This document shows, piece after piece, positions 36,701 to 44,246 of a DNA stretch of 64,000 nucleotides. This stretch comes from a virus. The stretch spans positions 32,001-96,000 of the IMG/VR virus record IMGVR_UViG_3300009370_001603; one strand, written 5' to 3'. The notes beneath the pieces are model-generated. The model did not search any database, was not told where the DNA came from, and was given only the letters and a program-made list of their open reading frames with translations. The translations under genes were made by a program, and so were the position numbers. The first letter of the stretch is position 1; every line of letters begins with the position of its first letter.

Positions 36701-38166
36701 ACGCTACTCTTGCGTATTACAAACTCTCCCGGCTGAAGCATTGCGGGAACAGTGTCACGATTACCTGTGCCGGGAACCATGCCACCCCTAGCCATTGCCA
36801 TAACCCTTCCACCCTCAGCTTTGGCGGAAAGACCTTTGAGTGCTCCTGCGGCCCCCTTGCCGAACGAAGACATGGCGCCAGCAAACTTAAATGCGGCAAA
36901 AGCACCAATTAGGGGTATCAATGGTTTTAGAGCTTCGCCAACTTTGATTAATGCACTAGCTAAGTTCAGCGCGGTTTTAACCATCACCTGAAAAGAGGTG
37001 GTTTCAGTAAGACCACGAACCAAGGCAAGAAATTCTTCTTTGGTCTTTTGTATTTGTACGGCTAAGGCCTGCTGTGCAGTAGCGGCATCTTTATCAAGAC
37101 TTGAAGCTCCAGCTATAGCTGCCTGTCTAGCCCTCTCTGCCAATTCAAATTCTTGCAGTAAGGGAATGACCTTACCAATCTGTCGGAAGCCACCAAGCTG
37201 TTCAGCGATCTGAATAAACTTTACATCGCCCGCTGGCACATCTCCAAGTGCCTTGCTCAATCTCTTTACGGCCTCCATCGGGCCTACAAAGTTACCCTGC
37301 ATATCAGTAAGGCTAATACCTAACTCTTTTAGGTACTGAAGGGTAGTTGGTCTCTGAATACGTGTAAGAATGGTACGTAAACCAGTAGCAATAGACTCTG
37401 CGCTTTCACGAGTCGTTGCACGAATAGATGTGAACAAACCTAAGAATTCATTCAGGTCGCCACCAGCGGCTTTAAAGACACCACCAGTACGGCGAATAGC
37501 GCCAATAAGGTCTCCGGACTCAACGGCAAACTGTCCAGCAACAGCATTAATGGCACCAAGCTGCTCTTTTAGTTTACCAACACCTTGGCCAAACTGGGCT
37601 AAAATGGCAACAGCGCCTTCAGCCGTCTTGTTGATATCCTCAAATGTAGGAGCAAGGGTGGTCTTAGCCAGAGCTTCTAACGCAACTTTCAGATCAGTAG
37701 CTTGAATACCAGCTTGAGCTAGAATTCTAGTAGCATTCAGTAACTCTTTAGAAGAAGTACCTAGAGATACAGAGAGATTGGTAATCTCCTTACTAAGCCC
37801 TTTAAGATCTTTTACGCTCTTGCCGGTAACCTGCGAGATTTTTACAAGTTCTCGCTGAAAGTCAATCGCTTCATCAACGGCGCCCGCGATAGTGTTAGTA
37901 AAAAGACTAACGGCCCTACTGGCAACAGTAAAGGCGGCAAACCTCTTTAGGGCTAACCCAAAAGATCTACCCATATCTTGAGCGGCACCCGCCGCTTCCT
38001 TGGTAGCGGTAGTGACCTGCTTGATTTGCTTAGTTGCTTTTGAGGCACCGGTAACCTTAACAGGTACAGACAAACCCTTGAGCTGTGACCTCATTTGGTT
38101 CACAACTTGGCTGGTGTTGGTCGGTGCCTGTAGTTTTAACTGTGCAGTCAGTACAAATTTAGACAT
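30757..38166 (-). CDS. Tail tape measure protein (TP901-type core) with inserted domains
   Basis: N-terminal 'FQRELVKISQV...LLNATRILAQAG...IATGLRTILTRI' core; long Ala/Lys/Gln helical regions; three 'DTVPAxLxPGEFV' motifs; follows tube and chaperones. Confidence 0.92.
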   Translation of the reverse strand: MSKFVLTAQLKLQAPTNTSQVVNQMRSQLKGLSVPVKVTGASKATKQIKQVTTATKEAAGAAQDMGRSFGLALKRFAAFTVASRAVSLFTNTIAGAVDEAIDFQRELVKISQVTGKSVKDLKGLSKEITNLSVSLGTSSKELLNATRILAQAGIQATDLKVALEALAKTTLAPTFEDINKTAEGAVAILAQFGQGVGKLKEQLGAINAVAGQFAVESGDLIGAIRRTGGVFKAAGGDLNEFLGLFTSIRATTRESAESIATGLRTILTRIQRPTTLQYLKELGISLTDMQGNFVGPMEAVKRLSKALGDVPAGDVKFIQIAEQLGGFRQIGKVIPLLQEFELAERARQAAIAGASSLDKDAATAQQALAVQIQKTKEEFLALVRGLTETTSFQVMVKTALNLASALIKVGEALKPLIPLIGAFAAFKFAGAMSSFGKGAAGALKGLSAKAEGGRVMAMARGGMVPGTGNRDTVPAMLQPGEFVIRKSSVRKLGAGRLAGMNKYAAGGQVSSFPSSKGYVKYEDETFYKGKGKKFNTAPVRGSGATRFNEDDSFSLDLQKRGINLNQYKKRIEADKGLTAKFNKYQKLAANRKHQARGLAFEGLLNSLGIAKTAGGSSRMDAMDGNKLVEIKSYEKQSARDLEKNIGDKMIGAALSPMSSIDRKVVPKLTEARLTDAANKFDLGQAWLYQDITPVQLTAASKKAAGKDKVLAKALDKKGRLRIGKFAAGGIVGTTRVGAAILDPDEPEKSKVDLGNISQANVKNNRRLKADKLAQKNLSQFFNGRKYSLTRKGLNKKTSDSFKKNILDGMAVGLDHATAALGADLGIGAQKLDDASKQEFIGHMAKRGAPMGNAFEAAVSVLDGKGKFRADQVSSPFDFPGGIGGALADNFSGLPGSWVDAKTSYKEASKANFRTKVANQIADEFYASGLASPKKKAGGGGISGRDTVPALLTPGEFVVNKKSAQRIGYASLNRMNKRGVTGFNAGGAVGIQKFAGGGGVGGGGGMGLMNLSIIAGAASTALQNLGDKSKEATDSQFAMAVAGEKASQLLMSAGVVFMLTMKGIEKGREIAAGKGKEEGGSEDGETKKEAAEDKKDAGEAKKDAKVDAEEQKPSQSAKAQAEAEQDAKLKEGAAKEAKEQKKLERAENQQAASKEEFKAAQEAESAGQTAIDTQKEEVAGKQANADQKKKDLDVEREMNQDAHNERITAQTDDNAAAAEQKSAHAERESLKEQQINTDKESMAASGESARAGLDKTAADEQVRKDQGKLNKEKNLLEGAEASEAKKNAKIDKDLAGHKENRQNLEKKAMTQEKGSDERKKTEASINKLEQREHELKNARNKNSKATADQKKKTVDAAKALRKSKQVQRGATKELTKANKKVKDVQGANKDLAAAFAKSDARIDKATKTRITTASKLVQANEKVKASDVKLDRTKRKSDSANNKLAGSQRKLSNLQTKQAGLFDKVTTAGKRLVQSTRILEGRQRNLNRTQQINSITARQAGKESSVLSRTFSALTGWMTKSGRAARRQKKEIMAQANAENLGASTKRRATVTTQHLTRNTSRLKKETLGADMAVKKVTKDMKRMKMAGMGGGGAGGPGLGRRMGGRAMSMGSGIGGVGMMAGMAAQMLASALSEISQRKSEQAVGKGDVSGAAKHARAGAVAEGMGRMFTLGGMIEMFQDPEGMRKRMAQDVQNKGARAAGEGARVRNELAFQALDEGKVTDMSQLGEVIGSSSRDALAELDKTTKSGVKADEKTRMEVEKSLKEGEKKFVTSLGSTAGSMADLQKGLASLGNKTAYTKDQLERMARTAFNVAEAQRALAKANFDNLKVMSAFNKANLGVDQFLNSLKTGSSTLADSIATVETASSNMGMGGEGSAALESIRQRIIKVAAGGDETTAQGKAVNRQFSRADAANKFMASVQSRVSNLDLNQGTEAAAKQSLESALLAGVKDADIRASIQGQIAAMGDIRGKDASALIAEITKGLGPMRDGALKAAKALLKHEQTITKLTTIRRQAELQYIAVQRQAIDAQLQFAKTFEEFGGAKLTADQKLSANLAKFNLGAKDAGVQQLRTGSVADIQSVASNIQSRMNQQQIDRATGGFQDTQGIDADRIKETNQSMKDLVGFIQAQIQATKDQIAIIEKRNSLEQSSIDKLLSGDIGGFLDQQAAAGAASALRTGDAEMAGMFSPQAMAEGIKLLKAEGADTATLQRAGEIAASSVGLDERAGQVLTGTTEELNALRNKGQALAAAGGQVSQMMADSAMMEIANAELTIERAEIKFKEEMERAGKKQERADAGLPLSKGGMVYASRGIFVPRGTDTVPAMLTPGEFVVNRAAVQRGNNLQLLRAMNGNGSTVNAGPAGAAAMSSGGTVGYYQFGDMVKQMGGFVETVGDLRSIFDGFSDAVTSLGKMEIGVTVNKPVDVNVRLLNDNILKVIDEKIMSATLDAVAQEIPKWKNTEGGGSARSESTLPS

Positions 38167-38201
38167 TTGATCTCTCTAAAATAGGCGACTACACTCTCCC
38201 C

Positions 38202-39086
38202 TTAGCTCTCCGTAATTTCAGTTGTTTCAGCCACTTCGGCTGCTTCAGTTGCTTTCTCTTTGGTGACCTTCGCTTTTCTGGTAGCCCTTTTCTTTTTGGG
38301 CGGAGCAAGGTCATTTACGTAATCAACCACTTCGTAATTCCCATTCTCATCTAATGGGTTACCGTCAATGTCAATCCTGTTGCCATCTTCATCCAGATAG
38401 TGCCCAAGATCATTGATTACGTTTCCGGTGGCGTCAACTCTTTGGCCATCGTGGTTGACGAGGTTTCCCTCTTCGTCCGCCAGCTCAAACATCCTTAACC
38501 ACTTGTTTTCTGGTAGCTTCTTCTCAAAGTCTGAGTCCAGATTGTAGAGTATATTTCCTAACATGGAGGCGGCAGCAAAAGCAATCTGATCTGAGCTTTT
38601 GGTGTTGTAGTCTTCCACGTTATTATACACTCTTTTATCGGAATCTTTGTAAAATGTGCAGTTAGCTACGAAGTAGTCGAATCTAGCGTTATCAGATAGT
38701 GCCTCAGCGGTATTTTCCTCTAAAGCAAGCCTTTCTGATATCAACTCTCTAAGCTCTGCCCTTAACTCACGCATACCTACAGCCAGCTTCTTGCCATCAG
38801 AAACTTTAGGTTTTTTACCGTCTGACCCCCTATAAAGGGTTTTTTCCATTTTTGATATCTCGTCACCAATATCTGACTCCTTGTCACTCTTTGACTTATC
38901 CCAAATTCCACGTTCCTCCATTAGTGACTTTAGCTCTTTTTTGGTGATAATCCCCTCTCTGATACACTTATTCCAGACTCTCGCCCTGTGCATGTCGGCA
39001 TTGGAAATATCTTCATTTGACGGCTTTTTAACGTACACGGTTATCTTTTTGCCATCTACTGTTACTTCTTTTTCTTCTCGACTCAT
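38202..39086 (-). CDS. Putative tail assembly chaperone
   Basis: Charged helical protein between tube and tape measure; paralogous to 39456..40502; 'DxxGN' repeats near C-terminus. Confidence 0.55.
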   Translation of the reverse strand: MSREEKEVTVDGKKITVYVKKPSNEDISNADMHRARVWNKCIREGIITKKELKSLMEERGIWDKSKSDKESDIGDEISKMEKTLYRGSDGKKPKVSDGKKLAVGMRELRAELRELISERLALEENTAEALSDNARFDYFVANCTFYKDSDKRVYNNVEDYNTKSSDQIAFAAASMLGNILYNLDSDFEKKLPENKWLRMFELADEEGNLVNHDGQRVDATGNVINDLGHYLDEDGNRIDIDGNPLDENGNYEVVDYVNDLAPPKKKRATRKAKVTKEKATEAAEVAETTEITES

Positions 39087-39089
39087 ATC

Positions 39090-39449
39090 CTAGTCCTCCT
39101 TAGTTTGTACTGGTATGTCTACAGAATATCTTAACCATTTAATGTCGTACTGGTTCAGCTCTGCGTCTATGTTTCTAGCTTGGGTATTTCCCTTGTCTAG
39201 TATCTCAGAGCGAACCTTTTGAAAAGTATCGAACATTATCTTTTGCTCCGGGGATAACTCCTCCCCATCCTTCCCCGTCCATAAAAAACAAAAATGCTCT
39301 TCTATTGAACTTAGGGCGCCAATCATAGTAGTCTCGACTTTTTTCCTGAGTATTTTGGAAAGTCTAAACTTTGAATCGTGCTTATATTTCTCATCTCTTT
39401 GCGACTTATACTCCTTCTGCTCCCTTATTAATTTGTCAAATTCATCCAT
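39090..39449 (-). CDS. Hypothetical protein in the tail chaperone block
   Basis: 119 aa, AGGAGA SD, tight spacing. Confidence 0.55.
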   Translation of the reverse strand: MDEFDKLIREQKEYKSQRDEKYKHDSKFRLSKILRKKVETTMIGALSSIEEHFCFLWTGKDGEELSPEQKIMFDTFQKVRSEILDKGNTQARNIDAELNQYDIKWLRYSVDIPVQTKED

Positions 39450-39455
39450 CTTAAT

Positions 39456-40502
39456 CTATCTCCTAAATTTATTTTTGTATTGTTCATTAGACATCTGTCT
39501 TAGTTCCAGCTGTTTATCTTGAAGGTACTGGTCCTGAATTTCTCCTCCCGCAGCCTTGACTTGGGCTATCCTCTGCTTTTTGAGTATTTGCATGTGCAGC
39601 GAGTTTGCATCATTGATTCTTTCTGCTTCTTCTGCGCTATCCGTAAAAATGTAAACTTCTTCTGAGTTTGTTATTTTCTCGTTATTTGTCATGTTCGCAA
39701 CCTCCGACTGAAGCTTCTCTTTTTCCTGTTTCTTCCTTTGAATAATAAACCATCCGTCTAGCAAATCGTCATCATCTATGACTTCATCTCCGGGACACTC
39801 CATTGATTCTTGGGCATTATCATACATTCTAGACCAGATACAAATATTCCTCTGGTCAAAAGATAGCTCTTGTTTTGAAGAGTTTTGGAACAAATCTTGG
39901 CCGGTCTCATCCTTCATTAACCAGATTGACCTCCAAGGTTCATTTCTCGCTAACTCCCGTATTTCTCCCTCTTTAAAGTAACTAGTAGTTAATAGTGAAA
40001 AGATCCTATTGGCATCTATCGTGGAAAAATCGCAAAGTTCATTGCCTAGATAGGTGCATCTTTTAACATGCTCCAAACACCTCTTTATAAAAGCAATTCC
40101 CTCGCATGTATTCTCATAGTGCGAATCTCTTTTGGCCGACTCTTCTTTTAACGCCTTCTCAGTAGCCCTTAAGTAGGCTCTGGCGGTTTCCCTGACGTTA
40201 TGTTTGTATCTATTTTCAAACATCTGGATTTTTAATTTGTCTATATTATCTTCCAGATCCTTTATCTTTTTGTCGCCCTCCTCTGTCCATAGTTCTTTTT
40301 CATACATCCATTCTAGCATCTCGTCCTGAGTCATCAGGTCTTGCTGATAAGCCTCATTGTATGCATCCATAAACGTTTGATTTATATAAAACTCATCTTC
40401 TATATTTGGTGTGACTACTTTGAGCTTAATATTGTCATAGTCAATGATATAAATGCCAGACCTTAGTCTAGAAACAAAATACTCCCGCTCATGGTGCTTC
40501 AT
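39456..40502 (-). CDS. Putative tail assembly chaperone
   Basis: Acidic helical protein immediately after the tube; paralogous to 38202..39086. Confidence 0.55.
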   Translation of the reverse strand: MKHHEREYFVSRLRSGIYIIDYDNIKLKVVTPNIEDEFYINQTFMDAYNEAYQQDLMTQDEMLEWMYEKELWTEEGDKKIKDLEDNIDKLKIQMFENRYKHNVRETARAYLRATEKALKEESAKRDSHYENTCEGIAFIKRCLEHVKRCTYLGNELCDFSTIDANRIFSLLTTSYFKEGEIRELARNEPWRSIWLMKDETGQDLFQNSSKQELSFDQRNICIWSRMYDNAQESMECPGDEVIDDDDLLDGWFIIQRKKQEKEKLQSEVANMTNNEKITNSEEVYIFTDSAEEAERINDANSLHMQILKKQRIAQVKAAGGEIQDQYLQDKQLELRQMSNEQYKNKFRR

Positions 40503-40649
40503 TACAAAACCTCACGGCGGGAGTATGTGTATATCATAGTATATATTCCTTTCCTTTTACCTTATAACATTACTTGCCTTTCCTAAATCTTAGCTATCGC
40601 AAGTTATAAAGTCAGTCCACAGTAGCCATATTCCTACTGCAAAGTCAAA

Positions 40650-41840
40650 TTAATCTTGATAGAAGACGCCAGTTGCGAATGTTGCAACCGCATCCGCACC
40701 ATTCAGCTCTTTCAGTACTTCAAATCCAATATATCCATTAGCTCCCAGATCCTGAACATCAAGCTCGTTGAAGTTGGTGTAACTGTAGGTACACGTAGCG
40801 TTACCACCAGTTGCGTCACCCCCTCCATAGCTCACGCTGGAGAGTCTGTTCTTACGGCCCAAGTCCCAAGCGTAACCAGCTCTAGTGCAGACGAAGATAT
40901 CTTCATCTGAAGTATTATTACCAGAAGCTATGGTGCCGTCTAACGCAGAGTCTCCAAACTCATAAGCATTTACAAAGTCACCAGACGTGGTAATAGCTTC
41001 AATCTCACAGGTTACTTCAATCGGGAACGTAGCAGGACGTGTATAAGGCGTCTTTCTACCCAGTTCCAAAATGTCTTCACGAGAGAAGTCCGTGCTAACT
41101 GAGAAGCTTTGAACGTGAATTCTGGGGCTATTTGCTCCCGGATCAAACGCATTGGCGTATCCGCTACCAACAACACCCATGATACTATTTGGGAAAATGC
41201 ATCCGGACATTAGAACGTCCTCACGTTGCTGTACACCACCAGATGCGGTAATCGAACCATCAACAGCACCAGAAGTAAGGGCAGCCGGGCTATCTTGCCC
41301 GTCAAAGGCATCAACTGCCGTAGCTGTAAGCTTTTGACTAGAAGTTAACCACTGCTTATTGTTACCAACCAAGGTGACAGATTCTGTCATGCTACCATCA
41401 GTCGGGATGGTGTACGAAACAGAACTAATGAAAAGGCCAGAGCAGTAAACTTCAGCTTCAGCTGAGGCATTACCCGCACTAACATTATTTTTATCGTCTG
41501 GGAAGATACCAAGTCTAAGGTCACACTGAGACTTAGATCGACCAACAAGGCCAGAGCCGCCCGGAGTGCCGTCTAGACCGCCAACGCTGGCCAAGTGATA
41601 TATAAGTGGATATCCATCAAGAACTTTCTCTAACGTCACCTCGACATCTGGAGTACCTTCGATGTTTTCGTAAATTTCAATCTGGCCAAGTTCAAAAGCT
41701 TGTTCCAAGTTGAAGGTTGTATTCATGCCAACACTTTGTAGACCATGGACCATCTCCGCAGCGGTGATATCTCCACCATCTTGGAAGGGCTGTATGCCTA
41801 CTGCCTGTGTTGCATAAAATATTCTTTTATTATCTGACAT
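40650..41840 (-). CDS. Major tail tube protein, internally duplicated
   Basis: Two 'QS.....F..E...ELG......P..EVT.E' tube motifs; strong GAGGAG SD; position between terminator and chaperones. Confidence 0.75.
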   Translation of the reverse strand: MSDNKRIFYATQAVGIQPFQDGGDITAAEMVHGLQSVGMNTTFNLEQAFELGQIEIYENIEGTPDVEVTLEKVLDGYPLIYHLASVGGLDGTPGGSGLVGRSKSQCDLRLGIFPDDKNNVSAGNASAEAEVYCSGLFISSVSYTIPTDGSMTESVTLVGNNKQWLTSSQKLTATAVDAFDGQDSPAALTSGAVDGSITASGGVQQREDVLMSGCIFPNSIMGVVGSGYANAFDPGANSPRIHVQSFSVSTDFSREDILELGRKTPYTRPATFPIEVTCEIEAITTSGDFVNAYEFGDSALDGTIASGNNTSDEDIFVCTRAGYAWDLGRKNRLSSVSYGGGDATGGNATCTYSYTNFNELDVQDLGANGYIGFEVLKELNGADAVATFATGVFYQD

Positions 41841-41878
41841 TTTTTCTCTCCTCTAATGGAAAAAAGATTTTCTACTAA

Positions 41879-41887
41879 TTTATACAC
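41879..41887 (-). promoter_or_regulatory. GTGTATAAA variant of the putative phage promoter
   Basis: Intergenic, 39 nt upstream of the tube ATG. Confidence 0.55.
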
Positions 41888-41894
41888 GAAAAAG

Positions 41895-42881
41895 TTAAAT
41901 ATTTGATTTTATTACGTCTGTAGTCACTCTGACTACCCCTCCAAAAATATTGGAGTCTATCATCTGCATTTGCTGTACAGAAGCCTTTGTTATCCTCATT
42001 TTTCCGCCATAATACTGTTCAACTAGATCTGGATATCTCAAAGCGCTTGGGACTGGCGTTCCCTTGTAGTCTATAGGGAACTTACCAGCCGAATTTATGC
42101 TATTGCTATCGAAAAAAGAGATATTCTTATCATTTTGTAATGAAACTATATCTATTAGCTTATTTCTAGTTACTTCATCCTCAGCTATACAATGGAAAAT
42201 CACATCTGTGAAGACCCATTGTCCACCACCCAATTGATAGCCCTGAAATGTCCTGAGAGGCACTACCTCTACTGCTATCATCGGCAATTGAACCTTAGCT
42301 TCCTGCGGCACATTTACATCACCCTTTTCGTTAGTAAGGAAATTTGAGGCCACCGCTAGGCTTTTGGCCTGTAATTCCTGTATCCAAGGCAAATTATTAG
42401 CATAAATAACATTTATATACTTATAACTATGCTCTGCTTGGACTTTTGACCCCGTAGGGATCGCACTATCGAACACAATCCTTCCATTAAAGTAATCAAC
42501 GTAGTGGGAATAGTCACCAGTAGTATCTGATGCGTAGAAGGTATCATCTACCCACACACCCGAAATTCCGGGGATCTCATGATTGCTCCCAGTGATTGGG
42601 TCATCTAATCCCGCAACCCCTGAGACACCACTTTGCCAAATCCAGTTTTTCCTAAACCCTTCCCACGCTTGACCGGCTACAAAATTGTCATTTTTTGACA
42701 GCCTTAATCTGCTGTAATCCTGCGAACTTGGGGATGATTCCCCTAGTGTACTGTTAAAATAGTTGCCCTTCTCAAGTAAAGACCAATCAAAATACTCTAT
42801 TAGATTATCCTGTATATCATTACTTAAAGTAGACTGATGTACAGAGGTAAAGCCCTTCAACGGTGAATAATAATCAGACAT
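41895..42881 (-). CDS. Putative tail terminator/completion protein
   Basis: 'LPMIAVEVV..R.FQGYQLGG...DVIFHCIAEDEVTRNKLIDIV' resembles terminator folds; immediately upstream of the tube. Confidence 0.55.
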   Translation of the reverse strand: MSDYYSPLKGFTSVHQSTLSNDIQDNLIEYFDWSLLEKGNYFNSTLGESSPSSQDYSRLRLSKNDNFVAGQAWEGFRKNWIWQSGVSGVAGLDDPITGSNHEIPGISGVWVDDTFYASDTTGDYSHYVDYFNGRIVFDSAIPTGSKVQAEHSYKYINVIYANNLPWIQELQAKSLAVASNFLTNEKGDVNVPQEAKVQLPMIAVEVVPLRTFQGYQLGGGQWVFTDVIFHCIAEDEVTRNKLIDIVSLQNDKNISFFDSNSINSAGKFPIDYKGTPVPSALRYPDLVEQYYGGKMRITKASVQQMQMIDSNIFGGVVRVTTDVIKSNI

Positions 42882-42884
42882 ACC

Positions 42885-43517
42885 TTATACCAATAATTGA
42901 GTTAGAACATTGGAAACTTCTTTCTCTTTTCCTGCAAACGCCCTAGTTATAAAGTTATTTCCAGCAGTACCTGCATGTTCGGGGGGAACCCTAAAAGAGC
43001 CACCAATTTTCATAGTTCCACCTCCGGAACGACCTTTATTGGAAGGCTGGTAAAAGAACCCCTTTACTATAATTGTATCACCCTTTGTTATCAACCAATC
43101 TAACCAGTGCAAGTCCTCACCAAACGCAGTGATCTGGTGGCCTTCTCCTAGGCCAATCAAATTGCTTAGTGATTTTTCTTGAAAATTAAAAACAATCTCT
43201 CCGGAAAAGTTGGAAGAAAGTCTACTAATCCTTATTTCTGAAGCGTCTGCTACAGAATCTACTATTGCGCTAACGGCGGCGTGGGCGGCTCCCGGCGGTA
43301 GTCCAAATAGCGCATTTAAACTTTCTGGAACCCCTTGAGCCAAAAGGCTACTGACTTCTGGCGACTGCCGTAACCACCCTTTGATTGCCTCCTTCAATCT
43401 CCTTGTTACTTTTGCACGATTTTTTATTATGGTTTTGCTTATTTGTTCGCTTAATATCTTATTTATCTTTTTAGATATTTCAGCATTTGAGTCGTTAAGC
43501 GTAATTGAGATGGTCAC
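42885..43517 (-). CDS. Putative neck/tail-completion protein (HK97 gp10-like position)
   Basis: 'GTAGNNFITRAF' C-terminal motif; GTG start overlapping the upstream TGA (GTGA). Confidence 0.5.
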   Translation of the reverse strand: MTISITLNDSNAEISKKINKILSEQISKTIIKNRAKVTRRLKEAIKGWLRQSPEVSSLLAQGVPESLNALFGLPPGAAHAAVSAIVDSVADASEIRISRLSSNFSGEIVFNFQEKSLSNLIGLGEGHQITAFGEDLHWLDWLITKGDTIIVKGFFYQPSNKGRSGGGTMKIGGSFRVPPEHAGTAGNNFITRAFAGKEKEVSNVLTQLLV

Positions 43518-43996
43518 ACGCTTCTCTCCCAAAAACAGCCAAAGTATCTATTCTGTTTTAGTCCCATGGGAAATGGTTCGCCTGACATTTTGAATCTCAT
43601 TTCCTTATAGTCTTTAATATCTTTGTGGACGATTAATTCTTTTGCACGCACAATCTTCGGCAAATCTGTAGCGTAAAATATAGTCTGGATGGCATTGTCG
43701 GGAACCACTATTTCCCCTCCAACCTTGACCCAGCTTTTACTGTCCCAGTAAACCTTTAATTTTAGGTCTTCAGTTTTTTCAACTTCTTTAAAGACTTTAT
43801 TCTGTCTTTTATACTGGTCCTGTGGTCTTCTGTGGGCATTCACCGAATTATTGCTTGGAATATTATTATAGCTGTTAGAAATCTCCTCTACCTTTTCAAT
43901 ATATACCAATTGACATGTGACTCCAAATATGTTAAATGTGGAATCAACTACATCGTAGTACTTATCGAAAACGCTTTGGGGTATGGTTACAGGCAT
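43514..43996 (-). CDS. Putative head-closure / head-tail joining protein
   Basis: 160 aa; 'FGVTCQLVY' start and 'EPFPMGL...YFGCFWER' end; synteny. Confidence 0.5.
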   Translation of the reverse strand: MPVTIPQSVFDKYYDVVDSTFNIFGVTCQLVYIEKVEEISNSYNNIPSNNSVNAHRRPQDQYKRQNKVFKEVEKTEDLKLKVYWDSKSWVKVGGEIVVPDNAIQTIFYATDLPKIVRAKELIVHKDIKDYKEMRFKMSGEPFPMGLKQNRYFGCFWERSV

Positions 43997-44193
43997 TAGC
44001 TTGGACCACCGCCATAGTGCTCATCAAAACGTGTGTTCAGGCGAGAATAGTGTGTTCCAGAAGCAACGAATTGGTTTACTTCTGGATCTATTCGTCTATT
44101 CGCCGTATCACCATTTTCTTGAACTGAAACGACTATTGAGCCGTTCTTTATGTCGGTAGAAGCCTTCGCTTTTCTTACTATCTCGTCAGGCAT
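43996..44193 (-). CDS. Small hypothetical protein
   Basis: 65 aa, GGAGAG SD, TAATG coupling. Confidence 0.6.
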   Translation of the reverse strand: MPDEIVRKAKASTDIKNGSIVVSVQENGDTANRRIDPEVNQFVASGTHYSRLNTRFDEHYGGGPS

Positions 44194-44246
44194 TTTTCTC
44201 TCCGTTTTATTAAAAAATTAATAACTATTATTTGCTTCGACTAGGG

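Noticed and set aside
17956-38166. Inteins or introns explaining the very long ORFs
   Set aside because: No C/S...HN-C/S/T splice motifs with LAGLIDADG blocks were recognised, and the frames are uninterrupted
39456-39480. AAATTTA near the end of the first chaperone as a -1 frameshift site
   Set aside because: Wrong phase for X XXY YYZ, and the next gene has its own AGGAGA SD and ATG
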